Shown in pieces: positions 27,401 through 28,697 of a stretch of 49,327 bases of DNA. Made by a program: the position numbers and the translations under genes. The stretch is from Clostridia bacterium (lineage in GTDB: Bacteria; CBDUZB01; JAGLHV01). The stretch spans positions 1-49,327 of the forward strand of contig DAOVVV010000020.1 in assembly GCA_030637025.1 (NCBI GenBank), given 5' to 3'. Below the pieces are notes generated by a model. The model saw nothing but the letters and a program-made list of their open reading frames with translations. It did not search any database and was not told where the DNA came from. Within the stretch, counting starts at the first letter, position 1. Each line of letters opens with the position of its first letter.

Positions 27401-27513
27401 TTTTAAAAGATAGGAAAAACAAATCTTTAGTAATTAATAATTTGTTTTTAGGGATAGCAGGTTTGGTTTTAATGATTTTTTTAGTTGTTTTAAAAATCAT
27501 GGGAAAATTTTAA
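1..27513 (+). CDS. Giant multidomain membrane-anchored protein (>9165 aa, probably 5'-truncated by the window), putative polyprotein
   Basis: Single ORF 16..27513. Bases 1-15 (CCC TCT AAA TCT TGT) are in frame with no stop, and the first residues fall mid-domain (homologous to the domain at ~27000), so TTG at 16 is unlikely to be the real start. About a dozen hydrophobic segments or hairpins separate soluble domains. Confidence 0.93.
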   Translation, partial: PSKSCLIIGSFGEKEVVRITEFRDYIELIITGKKENGDTISFIANITPEYLNEKVLVNIFEKMKELGGLSDLKVAIAGKRNSIKKIKKIWETNNFPVPDNKILLTHSTTNGEAVLSSLIIIVVKDDIRLMHKKGRHLDWDSLIIKGVQDSRQEITERITTKKIQDVNELDETKNKLSIFLENIDNLNENQRLILEAAISNGFVCFNTDKLRLNQRILSMDISTFNRAIKKLENLELLTIPTKGRYILSNKLINDLRESQIFNDEVYKKWMDIVKMEEVFNEFVYPEGIGDRSSRKEGNVLTSKDREAVLAILKSFKKDTIYNVFGAEELRKKYSFLKDEYTKDRFQHLLIILEKAGVFDCPVWGRYLFSKDFVEKQKEKGLIDDVFYNKYMVILKREELLNQFYYENNIGERTKGEKLANQDREFAITLVNIVNELEGPFNSEKLVGLFIEKGKKYADKKSINIFLSNLVNAGLLDRPVSNRYLFSKKFIGLLFKEDFIDRDTRNKWNNLLEREKKYKSLGKNRKDGWTGSTLRVLDVIIDKDLKRFTKEDISEEISDMPVRTVKKSLGILSGMEIIEYQKEGEYRGYYAVSHIIANVKEMPIKPIEIIAMIEKEADLEEDFKAAKDLYERAIEGYSQIKEDGLAMESIKRCSKKIEDKGVAIIKNELPENSTALILFFIIQGLSREDIINDGRISQISLRKNTKMLINDEWIKYEQSKRVLPTNKALELIYGSEFISIVLEKSPYSALEIERAKEILKEKDYKINEDNIKRAIILFRENIDIKPIYMKISAKTLQERIKAINAGEEKGIDIPNYYITYPAENISFMIDSYIKNNKAASLRIIYESLPLIKSPKNLLNLLSDFVNLPTREKKSMMAKNKLLNAFKFFPDEIKNNFKKIETDEYSNKIVVEGFIETIYKSPKHFKILIILDKVKPVLKEEAIEQLNEKSEIIKEVFLVNLGERISIEDALSGLESNLFDAFIKKDDGEIILVTVAEDRLTEAVSDEKGEVALLSYAGILILVLSIGVLSVLSPLWIMGILLIGIIMGGMAIYHSPPWGKSGRKRAFPIIQNLLITLLVLALLPRKKISPQVLDDITAYSSLLEISNVDWDVLIGTDRFKDVVPRVLCSLSSDVPAIKFIAGQKIEELMDDEKQRSLVLSIAGDLDLAGDQGLPNIIEIIKTLDNLKKEMEKSAKDYLIARRDVKIIPESGMGLLLAADVFIQKEISSIAEAESRQIPVKYVENEGKRKKIAIKSFVKIIGKLIISSIGFIILINLFSRFIEGWLYIVAVILIGIIGGKFVAKWAFNRPLMEWRQIVNALKPKDLEFLLGDKNAKFYLKIESFGQDLITKTEVLAEKLKKLGVDVEILRYDDKKYLSFSEYCNKIIVVELFRRKKSISDGYKFKKSDIAVRYFKGEIPEKMPMEIIQCYLDEFEQIVGNLVEYKKEVVEIENILSGEFNDEELIVCTDKILREIFDYIRNPEEDIIPISESKKKLVQVLVKNCNYNEKDARRLRDALVSSKTYLQILKSNNEEKIDMITGNLLDILAYSKNTLDNIGVKKDLLFNVERLFFSAIDIELLKREGYDNKEIRSNFFSGNSTGNFVYLPRRDGKYINFTFFIPKNWRKIFNLSDGSRKVVQEIYNGEKLYIPITEDSWRELGREIDHVNSLFEKYLRARGTVSGEILAISKRLRIQPQYSDDLIDRICAMRVVKKALGRFPGVKLSNKFMERFIEEIRVPSFPTDYRELEVLFLYFVKEYKGWEEKGLEPFEIESMLLEISVDEAKMLENTGMNMEDIKVLVMKDKAKIRKEIENKSISSSIEKSEKSTVKKLFSDIFIVLFWYFVHLYAIFYIASFLNISINNQTIISALILACITMYVDSIISKKLNSGETRQDRKLKKNIKALIENKKNQIYLTTDFPGDSNDVKELINKLNEVNKKNVEFLAPMEKISEVIGDIEIINLVPELDMTYFDDGVHSDFINQDEIGDSEKMKKEVIIVSMETFREIVEEIEKDYESGKAKNPVEKVLSMLLAIIILGTLMSHVGLRFIGKAAAEPDVLNTAFTSGVSISGIGLLPFIIAGLLVSMIFLKWMIKAMGKRAEPMMSNLIERLIKRSPLLVLPILMTMPSNVILEQIYSKRPEVKSEGVAKILKYFLKDKTENEGWVSFADISKETGLSADTFYNRFLRDLGPYIEADNSGDRVLYKVKESYRETLEKALDEFEESISYSKGKFTWEEVKKKLDKLSISSPEFAKVLNEIAERKREFIIEELVKKLGVSKKFVQNALNVLAKGEIILYRGVPYGRRYYKMNPIKSENLEESNLPNLIIDKITKSPFQFVLGEKKVEEFSSETVKENIKNFNLENPAQFVFLMRIVDFEGEKFFVKNLGIEDFTYQLISDTINDLLNLKILVIDDYKNNEKILMFNPDVEEIKEEFKERLDEYSGLAVPSDEILENLENLSITSKLKANILAATAYSDRRHDISLGNINLWFGKKDKAFLKKLNDKGIIVLVDSIGKNKIYILNPNKELDDFSGKILKFLSKQKIKPDIDKKVVYSKSQKYFELYKYGEINDFVEDSSFPGYIWKRMNNRVLGILILADMLKKPVEKATRDDFKNNGFKGLIKEHYNNSTSTAVDEFYALCKKFNVAVAEDSYDRENYQKLRETLDNMSDEYGSVSRNYVYAEEIENKAYLEKNPRKAIKLYERAIEKYSQFGEGEPGYELAQKAIERCLKKIEDRMIAVGLPYYIAEKIEKEADLEQDFMVARDLYEAAIKEYSRIKKGKPGYELAQKAVDRCLKKIKDRGIAADLPYYIAGKIEKGADLEEDFMVARDLYKAAIKEYSRIKKGEPDYELAQEAIESCLKKIEDRMIAADLPYYIAGEIEKGADLEEDFMVARDLYKAAIKEYSRIKKGEPDYKLAQEAVESCFKKIEDRGIAIVKKEASSLILSLISQGLQREDIINKKHKGIMITKYDWNWLTKELLKYGFIKYEQNRKFVLTEKAYNLLNISITEKLPYTEAEIESAKKILKENEFEIDRMSIEKTVILLRENIDIKPEYIKFSLETLQEKIKALKIGREKGIDVPDYVLKYPAENIATVVDTFIKNDETIAFSTINTSLTTAKSTKNLLKLIDDFVNSVGKGKKNIIGNKLLTAFRLFPDKMKENFKEIETNKSINKSVTIKFIESLYKYPKCFEILIILDEIKPILKEKAIEQLNEKHEIIKELFVINSGKWISIEDSLYGIEKDRFDLFIRNDNGEIILLEKKPDNKKAELKQKQGAQAQIMPLSILVVFPLLIFIAVVVVAFITPVAATGLEYSSLINSVIFNSLPAGFIFTVLGVTGIIWFYMSKKINKEDKQFDGIEKVNELLQKRAGYDQDELKTIGIDPELFKIIYDYNFNQRFDVQFAGFEEIKKVGGKTWFINRENKTILLNTNYVMESESAFYNHLRKLLLPWVLAHINGHLIKFSSYFGFLSKPIAYLSWIISPVSKLIKKIINWYRLKAFPIKVEIGFGKKGIFLLENADRNKRERWKGFEMGEDGINNVREKIKKGGIKNLEVVKVKRPETGNIMGGTEYIELSKLNLISALKDKLKPNSIAGFYFNYPVPFINDRIIDTKVAEELYKYLVVGGEVVVVTEKESYIKEIREAFSRIPGFDNYFIENGYQEGSPHRYFKDSKGWEYSPKPESEYWESWGDNRFGNVYYLRFTKRDIPDFKKTKLIAQFNNEEEVFERVKESDENTLWIVSDFNGLRVKNIRREIDNKGLKNIVVYTGAPWSVIDEIKLNDISEIYLDNTTSIFEDEYRLETRTYLIKPALAQTISDLLITGGKIIVNALDKEYSDQIEKIFSEIEDLKIETVVEKEGKYFLSYIKIKEESKKVKTPKFISGLASLFMLLGIILPPEKKQVEKIKLDTYLKNASSDKLEMLELIARIAGGYKRGMLYRNSLYSKASDFTRAITLLDELILLEVLIVPHGSKMQYKFNPEMKEYFADKVNQLFFQDRVDKLIRETDIAEPESVFRAVMAVMEKVENVKKVYKALNYIFENYKFKKGEGFKTILINRKTGKELSSAQIHSLISPEKNNYPFNKLSENSPLRQLLMHILNKTGILGDLGGLPVRMSALPESGDYTISAISPDGERGVDEWVKNNFRVEGIYEPGRNVFDKLVLKRVGNEEGTTVYSHKSLDFEIVVLKGNPQKVEEIKENYNLAKTEITSLIPAFKLIENPKIMIEKVNGQGYVEYDFAVVREKTKTCRNINEANFKELVELIFSMWKKRIFFPGKIFIQNFGINKEGSIVLKDLGVVKPDSIYKDNFILYLRGLDVINNFNPLNAFSRDKKLVKENILSWIKCYLRLFIYNSFFVKIWVKIEIENVKEYLDDFLKKHSIKKDEKGRLGNLLFIPASLAFLISIAAFVMGFSTPTAVTGLLFGEVFEIFGLLTMITLFAGKVEFIPGDLTKTNLSDDKVTVLLENKYNLDKNQKLILKAVISNGFVRFNSDILRLNQRISSMPDSTMNMKIRQLKEIGLIMIPTKDRYILSRSLIDDLIEFRLISDELYKEWIDVVNIEEVFNKFVYPEGIRDKSNRIEGDPLTGQDRDLMLLILEPVKKNGVFGPEELRNKYSFLKKKYDIYQFQHIISLLTESNVLYSSVRARYLLSSDFVEALNEKGLIDKEIYDKHIIILKQEKLFNQFSYENDLGQKTKGNRLADEDRKFTISLMEVISEIEGPFDSEKLVALFIKKGSKYADKKPLNILLSNLVNAGILDRPVSNRYLFSRKFINSLFEANFIDEFIKDKWDNLLVRENEYKRLGKNREEGWTSSVLKVLDVIVNKNLEQFKLSDISKELPDMPMRTLRKSLGVLGGMKIIKYELNVGYSVNEIIENIQNRVIVVEMENKADLEQDFREGVEKNEKKGIELVRKKVPGYDESKVLFYLLEGLTQEEIKLKGFSSAGLIRINKVLTEAGWLRRGEKRMLKPTDAAKELVGQSSEDIIVGSEIEQILINIGLVTTNEDNIKKVEILLENNLPVRAAIIENKSLKTLQERIEVIKRIRLKNGKTANYQTLIYYPAKKIELIEEIIRRADKKKIDVSFKEIKDLILVRGEKGFLEDLNKFVNSTAINGKKKPVDSEIKAERERIGNELLKAALIWPKKFCELFEEIEKKKLVEEKTEEFVKILYKSPKCFEILLILEKVMPVSKEEAIIKLKEKGEAIKEVFLVNSGKGISFEDALPGIENDLFDAFIRNDNGEIVLLGKVGNKRKKDDKRFISALGYNLKSLMEATLEITDAVLNPQNMMNMFLGEKKEGEGKREYEFDVSDISKDRSDKIIAKIPKEFLAQTGTKEVQVKGTTREDLVSTEKMWAMAGLAKHPDKKDTLVLYIHQEYLKALEALTDKKKEEMFAALARHEVWEYQLVNMYGIPQEIAHLIVISNKDINEWNKALKQAGLEEYEADKVEQIIKNIIQANENLQDLIKEIKADKKNQQELEKITRTVLKNRTDANKKRNGTTDRLKRLEGILRNEAKEQLPKDKEELLNMISDLRRAQYNYNLPFGVKRIINISKNRKMLVQKLEDGELDDLLDYFKEKEKAYKKLILKEKQKLEVFVKALEEGKEYLTPNELADKLERSEKNISAALSFLIDKGWIKRGGKHKFDANPRYKLLHLNATKFFINTDTELEEIKLKIKKRKYYWENLTVHEKAFLVFLKEITELQDNKELSPKYIAEKIDMEASNLPNKMNPFLEKQLIGRKKHGVYFLPEEIQDLIFEYEKEIIENYKKLSKEDKGKFKKIIVKTKNKLVKAKGFISLLDGRVDREMQKIIQQGLILMPKNGSYLMPACLLSYIEKEELMLNGVNGEDTISDLQREIELVVLDLDGTIAENHKPLSKAVINILENLLKKGKHVAIITEDLDDYELETRVISLISSKLKHQLSIFTSGGAKGFGFDSNGNKYYYEEYNRYGLIDDKFRQKILDLLDNNFSGQYQVDKKSKYVSPDCRIDLSNISDRDEKIRKIEALLSAANISAKVYKVGKNSMKIILQHKDDAARYILEKKRIDESKVLIIGDRALRNLVDRKLLSSFPRAVSINVGSYSNTIHKFNPNIIQLTDEKISGTKRVLSGLAEKGYVDLTGVNSIKTVNLKNRHKGEKGINNLKGVTIFSAAIFAYVIFGSFVGLIGTAAAEQGVVSTAAVSGLSLYGMGLPVIFMGLAGAGLGLIVVPEIFKIGEILKKYRNKDMKEEEIEGRRPFSKETIVSKELKTISKEGIKWASIENLCQHFVEHLGDWRNNELVIDLSHHLVIEAIRKYESIANKFFISKETEYYRAKEGRYLAINPLLNAAMIFVDNGNSCYEIITIYPINFEKDAVRIKKKSLKCEDAFKNNFLSNKVSFVKITNNLKYPDYINRVVFNLLIRKSWELFLKVEKNHQLRKTNKKAKKLEERFNLYKKFTKDFVRLVRSEDVLNVLESKGFFLVENDYPIIWGSHFIQLKTEGRNKYVLFLEKILRKRGLIAHAESLRLLRKSGEKKAKSDVINDKQAEVTIDSLVFGVAGIMLAIGLFVLKMMGIDTGITGVEEIFAVAAVPFGILAVGMIVNEKSYTNLERVIDVDSLEGPVYKGAYLKKEDIFNGTKTVYYFYKGREGRNEGIKPEVIFWMSKSDNSLNIVNIEKEKVMWGFSKKFIKDMFVIYPDIEIIRWGPIISCNGFVSALSLGLFDYEDLDGFKGDVLSFLILETKIKDKDIYIKDFLDSHNKVRLDLAVVDEVFKSKNVNKINAVIMKYREKLEKNKKKETIGEIYPEGSVYAPRFKFSDYEKGPDADKFEDTKDKGLTKVIEILQNWNPNVKIDGVEIKKIEGIHKEIELFKTILEEDPEYEVWAAFENNVVIGFIIANIKKGEIFHIRVNYKNKGIDRALLRKILLKFAKQGIKNVTSTPMLDDSLKDWHHLLKTEEFIKKEGEHYKINFELTLENVAIISGYAKADTEKKSSLSESEGANVNTLGYLSMVGVAGLAFIITLFVLQMMGIEIGITGMEGIFAAAAVPFVILAVGMATRKSVNKSKTMSEVLKDIELPYRALTAQEKEMVVEEIRQWLEEINMKEILNEYGAKDYFFGLIGSMSNNEISIINTLDVGKSSDVDIKLIVKVPQGKKISIYEYLANKLGADFHYFDGSSNKPVEGWYLQFYKDENKSEEAKNLENRLHKFKLELGELWITGIEFGDKISERWTALNIYDLEEDMVLVAGSEKTIEESKQSFINYFLKFGNTENFNKWREHFKKLREDSIRKHLESLKAYRPYNERVVIEQLIVKIRAFSFLDYFLKNMGVEIVNEEIRTKLREIEKQLGEKKFGSKCPEEIVIYILQTYYKEKNIDEILRMIIKKEKEFGEREEEIKGLFLKNNLEELTKKYRKLSGTFKRPQEEIEGKINNNIFGIEAAEISISNFLVAYNEIIETNLDVKKGRVFNSEFLSDKKIMEATAYVFDLGGTLAFEKEDVPSDKLIELLAELLNQGKNVAIITSKREIVFKEWIENKLLPLVTKDKRSLFRVYGDRLTKTYQAGEDGKLEVISTIPFPYPDNMNRIASEAREVVKKMEGGYSIEVKKKDTYIEVSANSELPDHIRKELDQKLVSALKKADLLLPEIMIDSRSKKGFYILSKRAIKGELIKKYLTEFNVDSDKTFYIEDEVDLSVAETGVNYLNVGIVEKNIPDNVYNLQGGPKSVEVFLNIIIEQLKRTGEKKTDKKAKSGIINNKQLQTEVIEILQNWKPNIKIDGVEIKKIEGHNIEEKELLEIFIGEDKGSEMWGAFKDDMILGFITVNIKEGKIFYIRTEENYRDKGIARALLREILLEFAKKGIKKVTSTSILDDSFQDWYHLLKTDEFIKKEWEFYKVDFELTPENAAIISGLVKPDTEKKYSLSESEGANVNTLQHLRMVGVAGLAFIITLFVLQIMGIETGITGVEGIFAGMIPFVIIPVGMMVNRNEQQKEKNLSEMPRKSKSDLGKAIEDMHKRNFLDMKLVKKIKKNPNQMVSFMELKIPAVVAFVLPNIIGANRKYDVGILLSNNEWARELFCGNEAIEAAKMDLKRSIRTIKKAKGNVVKMRGLSHLGNYIQKKEAEEISKVIKLPGKGNIIVELGAAQGWLSYQFSRRHKNNTYIAIEKDEETVSLTNDMRKQNNIDYRLGDATNLEFNDKSIDILMDKQLIDRGLLNRSGIFSFTVFNHLQEASRILKKDGLYYKIVDPEDGELFKKCMPAFGFELLEEKKVKGILITESQKQEGPNAYFSVLKMKKVSTPYIITFAKNTLFAIAVTGGKGNACEQKGKELTIAEVPLEKVPYVYIKTIENSLNIVKNIIISEYKKKGEFKEIMPAFSKYGIDWKELKDELDSVSKSGSIISKIFKKKDKKNQNEIVWKYLAPIAVYLFKEAFDEDDINNLPEEALQYIYDQFNEKTIRTMDKKSDVRHSSFDEVKKGKIFAQGRKFVISKISELLKKGKYFPKDKISSKDQILLANVIDELVKEGLVEANTKEVIRFYDTPGFIGDNEKEGIGLGLEIFKLENKREKEAVLKATVFEEILHDSYKIEELSAIENNLAEEIIVAGILIKQFIEDENKDVGERILDLKGYLDGLDKLGKDKNRIEAFKKLTEKIKEIPDEKERFSLILDFLIKWDKNFTQLRNINHSDKNKIIVIVGNNVYVKRLSLKQKLGEMIEIYTEISHSTGFKEKGNFVPTDSSIIVHLLSELGKMGFKFKPGAKFVDLGSGDGRVLFTACLFGFDATGIEYDSELVEINKKIEKILIERKIISPLNKPRIIQGDLLNENLSDYDVLYYFAGGTEDVQSLKNKLIDEVKPGAMIITFVESERENLSPHFKLIASFAPMIKVYIRPEARSKNGITGKEGIFAAAAVLFAMFPAGMMVNQKSDEERKNGNLAKKDIGPFNALEVLQEKAEDMDGSFYKNKKGMWNNLILISMVALIGCIFLIGAYFFEIMHIIFISLFVFFILKSKWQARKKISILRYLNIKANGKLVPAGNLKVISLKGNKVYKIIKSQTLIVSLNKDEIVSVPELYDCTGIAIAGRKGGKIVNIAAHIRPGYVEYVWPNIIESIRNIGLSDLKLALVGEQNDIRKIEQSLPQNTKIVLKHIRKNNDIKSPVTLIIKKNRIEILNEINIVIDKTKFYSRNIKELIGNYVLKDRKNKSLVINNLFLGIAGLVLMIFLVVLKIMGKF
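535..2975 (+). repeat. Internal block A copy 1: tandem winged-HTH array + helical repeat + 'D.GEIIL' end module
   Basis: Clear DNA and protein similarity to 13340-15675 (e.g. LVNAG.LDRPVSNRYLFS in both). The second half is also similar to ~8800-9750. Confidence 0.9.
8005..8780 (+). repeat. 195-bp (65-aa) tandem helical repeat, three near-identical copies plus one diverged upstream copy (TPR/MIT-like)
   Basis: CCTTATTATATCGCT recurs at 8203, 8398 and 8593 (period 195). Unit is LPYYIA.KIEK.ADLE.DFMVARDLY.AAIKEYSRIKKG.P.Y.LAQ.A...C.KKI.DR. Dispersed copies lie at ~1830-1990 and ~14600 (partial). Confidence 0.95.
10471..11570 (+). other. TrmB-like (tRNA m7G46) SAM methyltransferase domain followed by a degenerate second copy
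   Basis: IKVEIGFGKKG (motif I), FYFNYPVPF (cf. NFPDPW), LVVGGEVVVVTEKESY (cf. L..GG.L...TD...Y). The second copy has ISEIYLDN..LITGGKIIVNALDKEY but no motif I. Confidence 0.7.
12440..12900 (+). other. Protein-kinase-like domain, probably a pseudokinase
   Basis: RVGNEEGTTVY..VVLK..VVREK..IFFPGKIFIQNFGINKEGSIVLKDLG follows the order Gly-loop, Lys, catalytic loop, DFG-like. The catalytic Asp is missing. Confidence 0.55.
13340..15675 (+). repeat. Internal block A copy 2 (winged-HTH array module)
   Basis: Paralogous to 535-2975. Confidence 0.9.
15850..16260 (+). other. Zincin-like metallopeptidase module with HExxE..H
   Basis: LVLYIH..ALARHEVWE (16132-16146)..EIAH (His at 16189). Confidence 0.5.
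17500..18270 (+). other. HAD-superfamily (IIB/PMM-like) phosphatase domain, motifs largely intact
   Basis: VVLDLDGT (DxDGT at 17518), VAIIT, K in QHKDDA, IIGD..D. Confidence 0.85.
18690..18970 (+). other. Putative RNase toxin-like domain (HFxxH, colicin D/BECR-like pattern)
   Basis: W.S.ENL.QHFVEH..DW...Y...A.KF followed by short beta strands ending in IITIYP. This resembles the LxxHFxKH..Y..A..F pattern of polymorphic-toxin RNases. Confidence 0.45.
20365..21025 (+). repeat. GNAT acetyltransferase domain + TM cassette, copy 1
   Basis: VIGFI...IFHIRV..YKNKGIDRALL (motif A). High DNA similarity to 23120-23790. Confidence 0.85.
21100..21700 (+). other. Pol-beta-type minimal nucleotidyltransferase domain
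   Basis: GLIGS (GS at 21214-21219)...SSDVDIKLIV (DxD at 21274-21282). Confidence 0.7.
22290..23040 (+). other. Second HAD-IIB domain, partly degenerate
   Basis: YVFDLGGT (second Asp replaced by Gly), VAIITS, K in IKG, YIEDE..D. Confidence 0.75.
23120..23790 (+). repeat. GNAT domain + TM cassette, copy 2
   Basis: YRDKGIARALL. Paralogous to 20365-21025. Confidence 0.85.
24235..24720 (+). other. Class I SAM-dependent methyltransferase domain
   Basis: IVELGAAQG, YIAIEKD, GDATNLEFNDKSIDI, RILKKDG. Confidence 0.85.
26010..26490 (+). other. DOT1-like/protein-lysine class I methyltransferase domain
   Basis: FVPT..KFVDLGSGDGRV..ATGIEYD..IQGDL..YDVLYYF..VKPGA. Confidence 0.8.
26980..27340 (+). other. 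CheD/YfiH/CNF1-fold Cys-His deamidase-like domain
   Basis: LYDCTGIAI (Cys at 27040)...AAHI (His at 27097), with spacing typical of this dyad. Confidence 0.55.
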
Positions 27514-27572
27514 TTTGATACCCAAATCTTAATAAGATAACAGAAAGTTTAAAAGGGGACGGTTCAGTTTTA

Positions 27573-27977
27573 TTATTCTTCGTAATCAATAGGTTCGATA
27601 TGTATTCGTTGGCGGGGTAAATTCTCTTCTACTTTTCGGCGGATATATTTTTTAATTAATTTCCTGAAGGGAGGGGTAAGCAGAGCAAAGCCGAAGCAAT
27701 CAGTAAGCAACCCGGGAGTGATCAGTAATACCCCGGCAATAAAAATCAAAAGCCCATCAAAAAGCGTTCCTGCAGGTAATTGACCACGTGCAATTTCTTT
27801 TCTAATTCGAGTAACTACTCTCAGACCCTGATATTTAGCTAAAGATGCCCCGATTATACCGGTAATAACAACAATTAAAATAGTATTAAGAGTGCCGATA
27901 TACTGTCCGATTCTGATTAAAATAACCAGTTCCACCAGGGGAATAACCGTAAAAAGAAGGAGTAAATATATAAACAT
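27573..27977 (-). CDS. fxsA: FxsA family membrane protein
   Basis: P..E..ILI.IG..IG...T, QG, G..P...L.DG......AG.LL.TPG..TD..G..LL.P..R signature. Confidence 0.93.
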   Translation of the reverse strand: MFIYLLLLFTVIPLVELVILIRIGQYIGTLNTILIVVITGIIGASLAKYQGLRVVTRIRKEIARGQLPAGTLFDGLLIFIAGVLLITPGLLTDCFGFALLTPPFRKLIKKYIRRKVEENLPRQRIHIEPIDYEE

Positions 27978-28065
27978 AGTTTTTATCCTTAATAATTAAA
28001 ATAGAAAGCTTTTGTTTGGATTATAACATAGGTAATAAGGGAAATCAAATAAAAAGATTTTTTTA

Positions 28066-28117
28066 TTGACATATATTGACTTGTTTATTATAATCAAGAC
28101 TATTCTAACTTAGAATA
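28066..28117 (+). promoter_or_regulatory. Consensus sigma70 promoter with downstream palindromic operator
   Basis: TTGACA (28066)-N17-TATAAT (28089). Perfect inverted repeat TATTCTAA-C-TTAGAATA at 28101-28117 overlaps the expected +1, probably a PadR autoregulatory site. Confidence 0.8.
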
Positions 28118-28152
28118 TATATATACAGTTTGATTTCTGAGAGGAAGAGATT

Positions 28153-28683
28153 ATGTTAAGGAACAGACTGGTTGTGCTGGGGTTTTTAGCTGAAGGGCCT
28201 ATGCACGGCTATCAAATTGACCGGCAAATAAAGCAACGCTCGATGGGCATGATTGCTCATCTATCTACCGCTTCTATTTATAATGTTCTCAATAGATTGG
28301 CAAAAAAAGGTTGTATTTCGGTAAGAAAAGAAAAAATCGGCAAAATGCCGGAGCGTAATGCTTACCGGATTACGGCAAAAGGGAGGAAGGAATTAACTGT
28401 TTTAATTCAAGATGGTTTATCAAAACAGAGGAAACACGCTGCTGTTGCTTTTATCCTCTCAGTAGTTTTTATTACCAATATTTCTCCCAGGGAAGCGTTG
28501 GTATCTTTGGAAAAAAGAAAGGCACAAATAGAGTTTATGCTAAGCAAAGTTAAAGAAAAACAGCAAATTTCCGGGGCATTTAACAGGTTATATGTTATTG
28601 ATATTTCCTTAAAGCATTTGAAAATAGAATGGGAAGGGACTAAATCTTTAATTAAGAAAATTAAAACTATTAAAAAATGGTAA
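28153..28683 (+). CDS. PadR family transcriptional regulator
   Basis: LG.L..GPMHGY.I...SIY..L.RL...G.I.......P.R..Y.IT..G; RBS GAGGA upstream. Confidence 0.93.
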   Translation: MLRNRLVVLGFLAEGPMHGYQIDRQIKQRSMGMIAHLSTASIYNVLNRLAKKGCISVRKEKIGKMPERNAYRITAKGRKELTVLIQDGLSKQRKHAAVAFILSVVFITNISPREALVSLEKRKAQIEFMLSKVKEKQQISGAFNRLYVIDISLKHLKIEWEGTKSLIKKIKTIKKW

Positions 28684-28697
28684 ACAGGAGAACAATT

